64,000 nt of DNA, taken from the NCBI GenBank assembly GCA_024642245.1, contig JAHEBM010000008.1, positions 9,804 through 73,803 of the forward strand, read 5' to 3'. The stretch comes from Haliea sp. (GTDB lineage: Bacteria > Pseudomonadota > Gammaproteobacteria > Pseudomonadales > Halieaceae). Below the pieces are notes generated by a model. That model had not been told where the DNA came from. It did no database searches and worked only from the letters and a program-made list of their open reading frames with translations. Position 1 is the first letter of the stretch; every line of letters begins with the position of its first letter. Shown in pieces: positions 30,003 to 39,871 of this stretch. The position numbers and the translations under genes were made by a program.

Positions 30003-31286
30003 TCACTGGAATCCGAATATGGCCTTGAAGATGTAAAAGAACACGATCGCGAGGCCGGCACCCGCGGGCAGCGTTATCAGCCAGGACAACAGGATGGAGC
30101 CTATTATCCGCGTATTGAGAGCGGCAATACCCCTGGCGAAACCTACTCCCAGCACAGCACCCACCAGGGTGTGGGTGGTGGAGATCGGCAGGCCGGTGGC
30201 GGAGGCGATGACCACGGTTCCCGCCGCGCCCAGCTCCGCGGCAAAGCCGCGACTTGGCGTGAGCTCGGTGATTTTACGGCCGACGGTGGCAATGACGCGC
30301 CAGCCATAGGTGGCAAGGCCTACGACGATACCCATCGCCCCCACCATCAGTATCCACCAGGGCATGGCTGCCTTCGCTGAAATGACGCCGCCGGACTGCA
30401 CCGTGCTCGCTACCGCTGCCAGCGGTCCTACCGCGTTTGCCACGTCATTGGAGCCGTGGGCGAATGCCATGGAGCAGGCCGTGAAAACCATGAGGATCGC
30501 AAACACCCGCTCGACACTGTAGAAACGGTTCTGCTCATTTTGCACTTCCTTGACCCGCCGCATCAGCAGTGCGCCCAAAGCGGCGACGACAAGGCCGATC
30601 ACAGCGGACGCCAGCGCGGCATTGGAGAATTCCGAGCCCATGCCCAGGTCCAGGTCTACACCGACATGCGTCAGGCCTTTGAGCAGGGTGACCATGGAAA
30701 TCATAAAACCCACAAGCCACATGTACACCGGAATAATCCGTTTGGCCCGGTGGAAAGGATCCGCCGTGTCGAGGATCAGGTACTTCACGCTGACAAAGAG
30801 CAAGTAGGAAATCGTGCCCGCTATCAGCGGCGATACCACCCAGCTGGCTGCGATACTACCCACCTTGTCCCAATGAATCGCGTCTACGGAGATGCCGACC
30901 GCGGCAAAGCCCACGATCGCGCCCACGATGGAGTGGGTGGTAGAGACCGGCCAGCCCTGCGTGCTGGCAATCAGCAGCCAGGTAGCGGCCGCCAGCAGCG
31001 CAGACAGCATGCCGTACACCATCAGCTCGGGATGCCCCTCCATGACCTCCGCGTCGATGATCCCCTTGCGGATGGTCGAGGTCACCTCGCCCCCCGCAAG
31101 GTATGCGCCAAGGAATTCAAAGATCATGGCGATGAAGATCGCCTGACCGATAGTCAGGGCACGGGAGCCCACGGAGGTTCCCATTGCATTGGCAACATCA
31201 TTGGCGCCGATACCCCAGGCCATGAAAAAGCCGAACAGGCAGGCCAGGACCATGAAGATGGTGCCGTACTGGGCGATAATTTCCAC
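30003..31286 (-). CDS. inorganic phosphate transporter, PiT family
   Basis: 427 aa polytopic protein with duplicated GANDVANA/GSNDVANA signatures. Confidence 0.93.
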   Translation of the reverse strand: MEIIAQYGTIFMVLACLFGFFMAWGIGANDVANAMGTSVGSRALTIGQAIFIAMIFEFLGAYLAGGEVTSTIRKGIIDAEVMEGHPELMVYGMLSALLAAATWLLIASTQGWPVSTTHSIVGAIVGFAAVGISVDAIHWDKVGSIAASWVVSPLIAGTISYLLFVSVKYLILDTADPFHRAKRIIPVYMWLVGFMISMVTLLKGLTHVGVDLDLGMGSEFSNAALASAVIGLVVAALGALLMRRVKEVQNEQNRFYSVERVFAILMVFTACSMAFAHGSNDVANAVGPLAAVASTVQSGGVISAKAAMPWWILMVGAMGIVVGLATYGWRVIATVGRKITELTPSRGFAAELGAAGTVVIASATGLPISTTHTLVGAVLGVGFARGIAALNTRIIGSILLSWLITLPAGAGLAIVFFYIFKAIFGFQ

Positions 31287-31295
31287 GGTATGCTC

Positions 31296-31976
31296 CTATT
31301 TGGCCATTAGTACTTGCAGGCGGTCACCCACGGCTTCGGCTTCGTCAGCCACGGTGCCCAGCAGCGACAGCACACGGTAATAGAACATCACGTCAACCGG
31401 CGGCAGTTCGCTTTCCATCTTGAACAGCTTGCCTCGCAGGCTGACGGCGAGTTTATCGGTGTTGCGTTCCATTTTATCGAGCTGTTTCAGCATGGCTTCC
31501 ACCCGCTTCACCTCGCGCCCGCTGAAGCCGACTTCCAGCAACTCGTCCAGCTCCTGGATTGCCAGCAGTGCCTGGTTGCAGGTTTCAGTGCAGGCTTCGG
31601 TGAACTCCAGCACATCTTCCTGCAGTGGCTCGGGGAAGCGCATATCGCGGCCCATCACGATGACGGCAACGTCCCGTGCGGTGTTGGCTACCGAGTCCTG
31701 CATGCTCACCAGTCCCAGCAGGTCTGACCGGGGCACCGGCAGGAACAGGCTCTTTGGCAGGTGTCGACGCACCGACCGCTTGAGCTTGTCCGCGGCTCGC
31801 TCGGCCTTCTCGATTTCCTTGTGCACGGCCCTGGCGGTTTCCCAGTCGTCGGCGGAGGTAGCCCTGATCAGTTCGGGGAGCAGCTGTACCGCCTGGTTGG
31901 CGACCTGCATGTGCTCCTGAATGGGGCCGATCGGGGACCGCCCGAACAGGTTACCGAGGATGTTTGATCCTGCCAT
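31296..31976 (-). CDS. DUF47/TIGR00153 PhoU-like Pit accessory protein
   Basis: 226 aa helical protein immediately upstream of pit, the usual pairing for this family. Confidence 0.8.
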   Translation of the reverse strand: MAGSNILGNLFGRSPIGPIQEHMQVANQAVQLLPELIRATSADDWETARAVHKEIEKAERAADKLKRSVRRHLPKSLFLPVPRSDLLGLVSMQDSVANTARDVAVIVMGRDMRFPEPLQEDVLEFTEACTETCNQALLAIQELDELLEVGFSGREVKRVEAMLKQLDKMERNTDKLAVSLRGKLFKMESELPPVDVMFYYRVLSLLGTVADEAEAVGDRLQVLMAK

Positions 31977-32162
31977 TGTTGGACTCCCTTGAATGGTGGT
32001 GAATTGCCGTCGCTAGTGTAGGAGCAAAGCCGGCAATTGTCATAAAGTCATCGCGATTGTTTCATTTCGGCAAGCCTGTGTTACTGATTGAAATCAAAAG
32101 GGAGACGACCGGAGTGTGTGTTAGCATGATTTCATCCGGATTTTCATCGCAAGAGCTGAATT

Positions 32163-33938
32163 ATGGCCACCAATTTTGGCGAACAATTGATGGAGCACCG
32201 CCTCGATTTGATTACCCTGGCACGGGAGCTTAATGCCGACGGCAGGCTCTCCGCCGCAGAGCTGTCCAGGGTGTCCAAAACCCAGGCTGTGAGAGTGCAC
32301 CCGCTGGTTTTCCTGTCGGAGCAAAAGCTCGCCGATACCGGCACCCCCGGCAAGATGCACGATATGGACAGCCTGCTGGCCTGGTTGGGCGGCAGGGTGG
32401 ACCAGGCCGTTTACCAGATCGACCCGCTGAAGATAAACGTTACCGCCGTGTCGGAAGTGATGTCCAGGGCCTTCGCCGAACGGCACCGTATCCTCGCGGT
32501 GGAAGTCACCGACAAGGAAGTGGTAATCGCCAGCAGCGAGCCGTATATCAAGGCCTGGGAGAGCAACCTCGAGCACGTGCTGCGCAAGCGCGTGCGCCGG
32601 GTGTTGACCGACCCGAGGGTTATCGCCCGGCACACGGCCGAGTTTTACACCATGGCCGGCTCGGTAAACCGCGCGCGCGGTGCCGACAGGGCGGAAAGCG
32701 GTGCCGGCGTCACCAACCTGGAGCAGATGCTGGAACTGGGTTCCATGAAGGAGCCCGATGCCAACGACCAGCACATTGTCAACATCGTGGACTGGTTGCT
32801 GCAATATGCTTTCGAGCAACGGGCCAGCGACATCCATGTCGAACCCAGGCGTGATGTAGGGAAGGTCAGGTTCAGAATTGATGGCGTATTGCACAGCGTG
32901 TATGAGTTGCCGCAGCAGGTTTGCGCCGCGGTCACCAGTCGAATCAAGATTCTCGGCCGCATGGATGTGGCGGAAAAGCGCCGCCCCCAGGATGGCCGGC
33001 TGAAAACCCGCACGCCGGAAGGCAACGAGGTGGAACTGCGGCTGGCCACCCTGCCCACCGCCTTTGGCGAAAAGCTGGTTATGCGCATCTTCGACCCGGA
33101 TGTATTACAAAAAACCTTCGAGCAGCTGGGGCTTGCCGACGATGACCTGGCGCGCTGGCACCGCATGACCGGCCAGGGTAACGGCATTGTCCTGGTCACC
33201 GGGCCCACCGGGTCTGGCAAAACCACCACCTTGTATTCCACCCTGCGCCAGCTTGCGACATCGGAGGTCAATGTCTGCACCATCGAGGACCCGATCGAGA
33301 TGGTCGAGGGGGCCTTCAACCAGATGCAGGTCAACCATTCCATAAACCTGGATTTTTCCTCGGGGGTACGCGCCCTGATGAGGCAGGACCCGGATATCAT
33401 CATGGTGGGTGAGATCCGCGACCTGGAAACCGCCAACATGGCGGTACAGGCAGCCCTCACCGGTCACCTGGTGCTCTCCACCCTGCATACCAACGATTCG
33501 CCCTCCTCGATCTCGCGCCTGCTGGAGTTGGGGGTTCCCGCCTACCTCATCAAGGCCACGGTGCGCGGGATAATGTCCCAGCGCCTGGTGCGCATCCTCT
33601 GTCCACACTGCAAGACGTTGACGCCCCTGGATCCGGAGGCCTGGCGCGAGTTGACCCAGCCCTGGACCATGGCGGCCCCGCCCCAGGTGGCGCGCCCCGT
33701 GGGATGCAAGCACTGTCGCAATACGGGCTATAGCGGTCGCCAGGGTATTTACGAGGTGCTGGTAAACAGCCCCGGGGTGCAACCCCATATCACACCGCAG
33801 CTGGAGACCGCGAAAATCCGCGAAGTGGCCATGGCGGAAGGCATGCATACACTGCGCCTGAGCGGCGCCGCCCGGGTGGCCCGGGGGGAAACCACCATCG
33901 AGGAAGTCATGCGGGTAGCGCCCATTCTCGATGCCTGA
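32163..33938 (+). CDS. GspE/PulE-family secretion ATPase (orphan)
   Basis: A T2SSE N-terminal domain, Walker A GPTGSGKTTT, Walker B IMVGEIRD, a His box LSTLHTN and a tetracysteine CPHC...CKHC motif. No platform, pilin or secretin genes are nearby. Confidence 0.88.
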   Translation: MATNFGEQLMEHRLDLITLARELNADGRLSAAELSRVSKTQAVRVHPLVFLSEQKLADTGTPGKMHDMDSLLAWLGGRVDQAVYQIDPLKINVTAVSEVMSRAFAERHRILAVEVTDKEVVIASSEPYIKAWESNLEHVLRKRVRRVLTDPRVIARHTAEFYTMAGSVNRARGADRAESGAGVTNLEQMLELGSMKEPDANDQHIVNIVDWLLQYAFEQRASDIHVEPRRDVGKVRFRIDGVLHSVYELPQQVCAAVTSRIKILGRMDVAEKRRPQDGRLKTRTPEGNEVELRLATLPTAFGEKLVMRIFDPDVLQKTFEQLGLADDDLARWHRMTGQGNGIVLVTGPTGSGKTTTLYSTLRQLATSEVNVCTIEDPIEMVEGAFNQMQVNHSINLDFSSGVRALMRQDPDIIMVGEIRDLETANMAVQAALTGHLVLSTLHTNDSPSSISRLLELGVPAYLIKATVRGIMSQRLVRILCPHCKTLTPLDPEAWRELTQPWTMAAPPQVARPVGCKHCRNTGYSGRQGIYEVLVNSPGVQPHITPQLETAKIREVAMAEGMHTLRLSGAARVARGETTIEEVMRVAPILDA

Positions 33939-33961
33939 CCTGCTGATGGACCTGTACCCAT

Positions 33962-36835
33962 ATGAACACTGAGCTGATCGATTTGCCGTCGGAGCTGGCG
34001 CAAGCCGCCCGGCTGGCCTGGCAGAATATCCTGGAGCGCGCGCCGGCTCCCGTGGCCGAACAATTGCAGGGCGCCGTCGTCGCGGACCCCGTCGCCAGCC
34101 AGTTGCCCCGGGTGATGGCATGTAGCCCGTTCATTGCCGATCTGTGCCGACGCCAGCCCGCGCTGCTGCTCGACTTGCTTGAAAGCGGCGACTTGCAACA
34201 GGTGCTGGCAGAGACGGCCTTTCGCAGCCAGTTGCACCTGCAGCTGGATGTCTCCGGGGCCGAGCCCGGCGTGGTGCTGCGGCGTTTTCGCCAGCGCCAT
34301 ATGCTGCGCATTATCTGGCGGGACTTCTGCCGGCTGGCGGACACAGTTGAAACCGTGCGTGACACCTCCCTGTTGGCGGAAACCTGTATCGCCGAGTCGC
34401 TGGCCATAAGCCAGGCCGCTCTCGAGTTGCGCTTCGGCGTGCCCCGCGGGCGCCACAGCGGGCAACGGCAGCAGTTGATCGTGCTGGCCATGGGCAAGCT
34501 GGGTGCGCGGGAGCTGAACGTGTCCTCGGATATCGACCTGATTTTTGCCTACCCGGAGGCCGGGGAAACCGACAGCGAGGCAAAATCAATCAGCAACGAG
34601 GAGTTCTTTACCCGTGTGGGTCGTGCTGTTATCAGTTTGCTGGACCAGGTTACAGCGGAAGGATTTGTGTTTCGCGTGGACATGCGCCTGCGGCCTTATG
34701 GTGACAGCGGTGCACTGGTGCACAACTTCGCCGCCCTCGAGGAATATTACCAGGACCAGGGTCGCGACTGGGAGCGCTACGCCCTGATCAAGGCCCGGCC
34801 TGTGACGGGTGAGCCAGCCCTGGCAGCCGAGCTTATGACATCCCTGCGCCCTTTTGTCTTTCGCCGCTACGTCGACTTCGGGGTGATCGAAAGCCTGCGC
34901 GGCATGAAGCAGATGATCAGTTCGGAGGTGCGGCGGCGGGGCCTGCAGGACAATGTAAAGCTGGGACACGGCGGCATTCGCGAGGTGGAATTTATTGCCC
35001 AGTGTTTCCAGCTGATTCGCGGCGGGCGGGACCTGGGGCTCCAGCAGCGCGAGCTGCTGGCGGTGTTGCGCGAATGCGAGACGCTCGGCTGCCTGCCAGC
35101 CGCGGCGGTGGCCGAGCTGCGCGCCGCGTATCTGTTCCTGCGGGACAGCGAACACGCTATACAGGGTTACCAGGACCGACAGACACAGGCACTGCCGCAG
35201 GAGGCCGGGGCGAGGCTGGCGATGGCCACCGTAATGGGCTTTGCCAGCTGGGACAGCTACCTGGTGGCGCTGGATGCCCACCGCCAGGTGGTTGCCGCAC
35301 ATTTTAATGATCTTATTGCCGTGCCCGAGGAGAATGGCGCTTCGGTGCAGGACGACGCGCTTCCGCTCTGGGGCGAGGGCCTGTCCGCCCAGGCGCTTTC
35401 CAGCCTGGGGTATCGCCAGCCGGCGCAAAGCCTGCAGGCGCTGCAGGAGCTGCAGGGCAGCGGCCGGGTAGTCACCCTGCAGGCCGAGGGAAGGGAGCGG
35501 CTGGAACAGTTTATGCCGCAGCTGCTGCGGGCTTGTGCCGAGGCAGGGGATCCGGACCTGGCGCTCGCGCGGGTGTTGCCGCTGGTGGTGGCCGTGGTGC
35601 GGCGCAGCGCCTACCTGGCGTTGTTGCTGGAAAACCCGCCGGCGATGGGTGAACTGGTGGCGCTGTGTGGCGCCAGCCCCTGGATAGCGGAGCAACTGGC
35701 GCACTTCCCGGTGCTGCTGGACGAATTGCTCGACCGGTCCAGCCTGTATACCGCGCTGGACAAGGTGCTGCTGGAAGATGAGTTGCGCCAGCAGGTGGCC
35801 CGGCTGGCGCCGGACGACCTGGAAGCGCAGATGGATGCCCTGCGGTACTTCAAGGCATCCCACGTACTGCGGGTGGCGGCCAGCGAGCTGGCGGGGCGCC
35901 TGCCACTGATGCAGGTGAGCGACAAACTGACCTGGATTGCCGAGGTGATCCTGGAGCAGGTGCTGGCGGTGGCCTGGGCCGACCTGACCAACAAATACGG
36001 CCAGCCGCAGCGCAGCAGCACCGGTTACGGTTTTGCGGTGTTTGGTTACGGCAAGCTGGGGGGTATCGAGCTGGGCTACGGCTCGGACCTCGACCTGGTG
36101 TTTGTCTACGACGGCGCCGACCAGGGGGTGACCGATGGCGAGCGCGGTATCGACAACACGGTGTTCTACACCCGTCTCGGCCAGCGCATGATCCACATAC
36201 TCGAGACCCGGATGAACCTCGGCCAGCTGTACGAGATCGACATGCGCCTGCGGCCATCGGGGAACTCCGGTATGCTGGCGACTACCGTACAGGGATTCAG
36301 CAGTTACCAGCAGGATTCCGCCTGGACCTGGGAACACCAGGCCCTGGTGCGGGCCCGCTTTGTGGCCGGGGACCCCGAGGTAGCCGCGCAGGTCGAAGCG
36401 GTGCGCACCCGGATCCTGTGCAGGCCCAGGGATATCGCGGTGCTCTCGCTGGAAGTACAGCAGATGCGGGACAAGATGCGTGAGCACCTGCTACCTTCAG
36501 GACCCTCTCATCAGGGGGAATTTGACCTAAAACAGGGTGAGGGTGGTATCGTCGATATTGAATTTATGGTGCAATACGCGGTTCTGGCATGGTCACACCG
36601 CCTGCCGGAACTGGCACGCTGGTCCGATAATGTGCGTATTCTCGAGACCCTGGGCCGGGAAGGATTATTCGAGCAGCAGAAGTGCGATGCGCTTACCGAG
36701 GCCTACATCGCCTACCGGTCCGCTGCCCACCAGCTTTCCTTACAACAACAGCCGGGCATCGTGCCGGCAGAGCGTTTTGCTGACTTGCGCGCCACCGTTA
36801 CCACCGCGTGGCAGGCACTGTTCAGCCCCGCGTGA
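33962..36835 (+). CDS. glnE: bifunctional glutamine synthetase adenylyltransferase/adenylyl-removing enzyme
   Basis: 957 aa with two nucleotidyltransferase halves (GKLGARELNVSSDIDL and GKLGGIELGYGSDLDL). Confidence 0.96.
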   Translation: MNTELIDLPSELAQAARLAWQNILERAPAPVAEQLQGAVVADPVASQLPRVMACSPFIADLCRRQPALLLDLLESGDLQQVLAETAFRSQLHLQLDVSGAEPGVVLRRFRQRHMLRIIWRDFCRLADTVETVRDTSLLAETCIAESLAISQAALELRFGVPRGRHSGQRQQLIVLAMGKLGARELNVSSDIDLIFAYPEAGETDSEAKSISNEEFFTRVGRAVISLLDQVTAEGFVFRVDMRLRPYGDSGALVHNFAALEEYYQDQGRDWERYALIKARPVTGEPALAAELMTSLRPFVFRRYVDFGVIESLRGMKQMISSEVRRRGLQDNVKLGHGGIREVEFIAQCFQLIRGGRDLGLQQRELLAVLRECETLGCLPAAAVAELRAAYLFLRDSEHAIQGYQDRQTQALPQEAGARLAMATVMGFASWDSYLVALDAHRQVVAAHFNDLIAVPEENGASVQDDALPLWGEGLSAQALSSLGYRQPAQSLQALQELQGSGRVVTLQAEGRERLEQFMPQLLRACAEAGDPDLALARVLPLVVAVVRRSAYLALLLENPPAMGELVALCGASPWIAEQLAHFPVLLDELLDRSSLYTALDKVLLEDELRQQVARLAPDDLEAQMDALRYFKASHVLRVAASELAGRLPLMQVSDKLTWIAEVILEQVLAVAWADLTNKYGQPQRSSTGYGFAVFGYGKLGGIELGYGSDLDLVFVYDGADQGVTDGERGIDNTVFYTRLGQRMIHILETRMNLGQLYEIDMRLRPSGNSGMLATTVQGFSSYQQDSAWTWEHQALVRARFVAGDPEVAAQVEAVRTRILCRPRDIAVLSLEVQQMRDKMREHLLPSGPSHQGEFDLKQGEGGIVDIEFMVQYAVLAWSHRLPELARWSDNVRILETLGREGLFEQQKCDALTEAYIAYRSAAHQLSLQQQPGIVPAERFADLRATVTTAWQALFSPA

Positions 36836-36865
36836 TAAAAGTAGCAATGACGAGACAGGAGTAGT

Positions 36866-37792
36866 GTGATGAGTTTGGCCGATCGCGATGGTCTGATCTG
36901 GATCGATGGAGAGATGGTGCCCTGGCGTGAGGCCAAGGTGCATGTATTAACTCACACCTTCCATTACGGACTCGGGGTATTCGAAGGGGTGCGGGCTTAC
37001 AACACGCCAAACGGCACCTGTATTTTTCGCCTGAAAGAGCACACTGACAGGCTGTTCAACTCCGCCCATATCCTGGGCATGCCCATGCCTTTCGACAAGG
37101 CCACCCTGAACCAGGCACAAAAAGACGTGGTGCGTGAAAACAAGCTGGAAGAGGGCTATCTGCGCCCCATGTGCTTTTACGGTTCCGAGGGTATGGGCTT
37201 GCGCGCCGATAACCTGAAAACCCACGTGATGGTTGCTGCCTGGCCCTGGCCCTCCTATATGGACCCGGAAGCGCGCAACCGCGGTATCAAGGTGCGAACC
37301 TCGTCCTTCACCCGGCACCACGTGAATATCGCGATGTGCAAGGCGAAGGCCAACGGCAACTACATCAACTCCATGCTGGCCCTGCGCGAGGCGCTGGATT
37401 GCGGGGCGGAGGAAGCGCTGTTGCTGGATACGGAGGGCTATGTGGCCGAGGGCAGCGGCGAGAACGTATTTATCGTGCGCAACGACGAGATCTGTACACC
37501 CGACCTGACCTCCTGCCTCGATGGCATTACCCGCGCCACGATTTTCACCCTGGCGAAGGAGCTGGGCTACACCATCCGGGAAAAACGCATCACCCGGGAT
37601 GAGGTCTATATCTGTGACGAGGCTTTTTTCACCGGTACTGCCGCCGAGGTCGTGCCGATTCGCTCACTCGATGGCCGCAACATCGGTGCCGGTAGTCGCG
37701 GCCCGGTGACAGAGAAATTGCAGGCCATGTACTTTGACACGGTGCGTGGCAAGCGGAGCGAGAACAGCCAGTGGCTGGAGCCGGTGGCCTGA
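36866..37792 (+). CDS. ilvE: branched-chain amino acid aminotransferase
   Basis: 308 aa class IV aminotransferase (GLGVFEGVRAY, EGSGENVF). The glnE-ilvE-waaF order matches Pseudomonas. Confidence 0.94.
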   Translation: MMSLADRDGLIWIDGEMVPWREAKVHVLTHTFHYGLGVFEGVRAYNTPNGTCIFRLKEHTDRLFNSAHILGMPMPFDKATLNQAQKDVVRENKLEEGYLRPMCFYGSEGMGLRADNLKTHVMVAAWPWPSYMDPEARNRGIKVRTSSFTRHHVNIAMCKAKANGNYINSMLALREALDCGAEEALLLDTEGYVAEGSGENVFIVRNDEICTPDLTSCLDGITRATIFTLAKELGYTIREKRITRDEVYICDEAFFTGTAAEVVPIRSLDGRNIGAGSRGPVTEKLQAMYFDTVRGKRSENSQWLEPVA

Positions 37793-37832
37793 TCACACCC
37801 GATCGCACCGGGCCGGCCCCGGGTCGCACCCG

Positions 37833-38873
37833 GTGAGCACTGGCGCGAATATCCTGGTTGTCGGCCCGTCCTGGGTCGGTGACATGGTGATGTCGCAGGC
37901 CCTGTATTCCTATCTCAAGCAAACCCGCCCCGGCGTGGCGATCGACGTGCTCGCCCCCGCCTGGAGCGGGCCCCTGCTGCAGCGCATGCCCGAGGTGCGC
38001 AATGCCATCTCCATGCCCGTCGGTCACGGCGAGTTGGGCCTGGGCCGACGCTGGCGCCTGGCGCGGGGGCTCAGGGCTCGCGCTTACGACCAGGCGATCG
38101 TGCTGCCCAATTCACTGAAGTCCGCGCTGGTACCATTTTTCGCCGGCATTCCCCGGCGCACCGGCTGGCGCGGCGAGCAGCGCTACGGCCTGGTAAACGA
38201 CCTGCGCGTGCTGGATGAACAGGCCCTGCCGCTGATGGTGCAGCGCTTTGTTGCCCTGGCACAGGCGCCAGGCGAGCTCATCCCACGGGAGTTGCCGGTG
38301 GCGCGCCTGGCCGTTGATGACGAGCGGGCCCGGGCTTGTCTCGAGCGCCTGGGACTTGATGCCGACCGGCCCTTGCTCGCGCTTTGCCCCGGCGCCGAGT
38401 TTGGCAGCGCCAAGCGCTGGCCCGCAGACTATTTCGCTCAACTTGCCGAACGCTACCTGGAAAGGGACTGGCAGGTGGCGTTGCTGGGCTCCGCCAACGA
38501 TCGCCCGGTTACCGCTGCAATTCGGCAACAGTGCGAGCCTTACAGCGCATGCTTCGATTTGGCCGGCCATACCGAGCTGGCCGAGGCGGTGGACTTGTTG
38601 TCGCTGGCAACCGCGGTAGTGAGCAATGACTCGGGCCTGATGCACATCGCCGCGGCGCTGGACCGCCCGCTGGTGGTGGTCTACGGCGCCACGTCTCCTG
38701 GCTTTACCCCGCCACGCAATCACAATGCCGCGATCGTGACCAGCGATATCGAGTGCGCCCCCTGCTTCCAGCGCGAATGCCCGCTGGGTCACCACGGCTG
38801 CATGCGCTATACCCCGATGGGACGCGTGGCCAATGAACTGGAGGGCCTGCTGGCCCGCAGTGGGTCCGGATGA
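37833..38873 (+). CDS. waaF: ADP-heptose:LPS heptosyltransferase II
   Basis: GT9 protein beginning NILVVGPSWVGDMVMSQ. I chose the GTG at 37833, because the track start at 37734 overlaps ilvE. Confidence 0.88.
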   Translation: MSTGANILVVGPSWVGDMVMSQALYSYLKQTRPGVAIDVLAPAWSGPLLQRMPEVRNAISMPVGHGELGLGRRWRLARGLRARAYDQAIVLPNSLKSALVPFFAGIPRRTGWRGEQRYGLVNDLRVLDEQALPLMVQRFVALAQAPGELIPRELPVARLAVDDERARACLERLGLDADRPLLALCPGAEFGSAKRWPADYFAQLAERYLERDWQVALLGSANDRPVTAAIRQQCEPYSACFDLAGHTELAEAVDLLSLATAVVSNDSGLMHIAAALDRPLVVVYGATSPGFTPPRNHNAAIVTSDIECAPCFQRECPLGHHGCMRYTPMGRVANELEGLLARSGSG

Positions 38874-39871
38874 GGGTGCTGGTGGTGAAGATGTCATCGC
38901 TGGGGGATGTTATCCATACCCTTCCGGCGGTGAGCGACGCCGCCGCGGCACTGCCCGAAATCCGGTTTGACTGGGTGGTGGAAGAGGCCTTTGCTGAAAT
39001 TCCCGCCTGGCACGGCGCCGTGGACCGGGTTATTCCGGTGGCCCTGCGGCGCTGGCGCAAGCGGCCTTTTCGGGACTTCAGGGGCCCTGAATGGCGTGAG
39101 GCTCGCAGGCTGTTGCGCGAGCTGCCATACGACGCGGTGATCGATGCCCAGGGGCTGCTGAAAAGTGCATTTATCAGCCGCCTGGTCAAAGCACCGCGTT
39201 TCGGCCTGGACAGGGTATCCGCCAGGGAGTCGCTGGCAGCCCTGGCCTATGATCATCCCCTGCATGTACCGCGCGACATGCACGCGGTGGAGCGCAGCCG
39301 CTTGCTGTTTGCCCGTGCATTGAAGTACCCGGTACCGAGGACACCCGGAGACTACGGACTGGAGCCGGCGGCGCTGCCGGGCGAAGACAGCCCCGACCCC
39401 GGCCTGTTATTTTTTCACGGCAGTGCCCGCGCGGAAAAACTCTGGCCTGAACGCCACTGGGTGGCGCTGGCGGAACAGGCGGGGGAGGCGGGATACCGCG
39501 TCTGGCTGCCCTGGGGTGATGAACAGGAACAGCAGCGGGCCCGGCGCATTGCCGGGCAGGTGTGCAATGCTGTTGTCCTGCCCCGCCTGGGCCTGCTGGA
39601 GCTGGGCCGCATATTGCGGGGAGTGAGCGCGGTGGTTGCAGTGGACACGGGGCTGGGTCATCTCAGCGCCGCCCTGTCTGTGCCCACGGTTTCCCTGTAT
39701 GGCCCGACCAGTGTGAAGCTTGTCGGCGCTTACGGTCGCAACCAGTTACACCTGCAGTCACCGCTTGCCGGGGGGGATGTTGCCGACCCGATGACACAGA
39801 TGGGTGCCATCGAGCCGGCGGTGGTATGGCGGTCGATCCAGGCGGTGCTCGCCGGCGGCACGCAACGATGA
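38870..39871 (+). CDS. waaC: ADP-heptose:LPS heptosyltransferase I
   Basis: GT9 protein beginning MRVLVVKMSSLGDVIHTLPA. ATGA overlap with the waaF stop. Confidence 0.9.
   Translation: MRVLVVKMSSLGDVIHTLPAVSDAAAALPEIRFDWVVEEAFAEIPAWHGAVDRVIPVALRRWRKRPFRDFRGPEWREARRLLRELPYDAVIDAQGLLKSAFISRLVKAPRFGLDRVSARESLAALAYDHPLHVPRDMHAVERSRLLFARALKYPVPRTPGDYGLEPAALPGEDSPDPGLLFFHGSARAEKLWPERHWVALAEQAGEAGYRVWLPWGDEQEQQRARRIAGQVCNAVVLPRLGLLELGRILRGVSAVVAVDTGLGHLSAALSVPTVSLYGPTSVKLVGAYGRNQLHLQSPLAGGDVADPMTQMGAIEPAVVWRSIQAVLAGGTQR

Noticed and set aside
32037-32065. Pho-box-like direct repeats (TTGTCAT-aaag-TCATCGC-gatt-GTTTCAT) between the DUF47-pit operon and the GspE-like gene
   Set aside because: Only the first and third heptamers resemble CTGTCAT and the middle one does not. 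No appropriately spaced -10 element is evident for either divergent gene. Too weak to call.
32163-32300. MshEN-type c-di-GMP binding motif at the N-terminus of the GspE-like ATPase
   Set aside because: FGEQLMEHRLDLITLARELNAD matches only part of the RLGxxLLxxGLIxxxxLxxxLxxQ pattern: the Gly-Leu core and the terminal Gln are missing. Not enough to claim binding.
34586-36487. 633-aa ORF antisense to glnE. Similar long antisense or alternate-frame ORFs include 52523-53944, 50605-51813, 20423-21445, 8183-9115, 33105-34121 and 39730-40806.
   Set aside because: Each lies entirely inside a confidently identified gene on the other strand. Their Arg/Pro/Gly/Ala-rich, low-complexity compositions are typical of GC-rich antisense frames, and none shows a recognisable motif.
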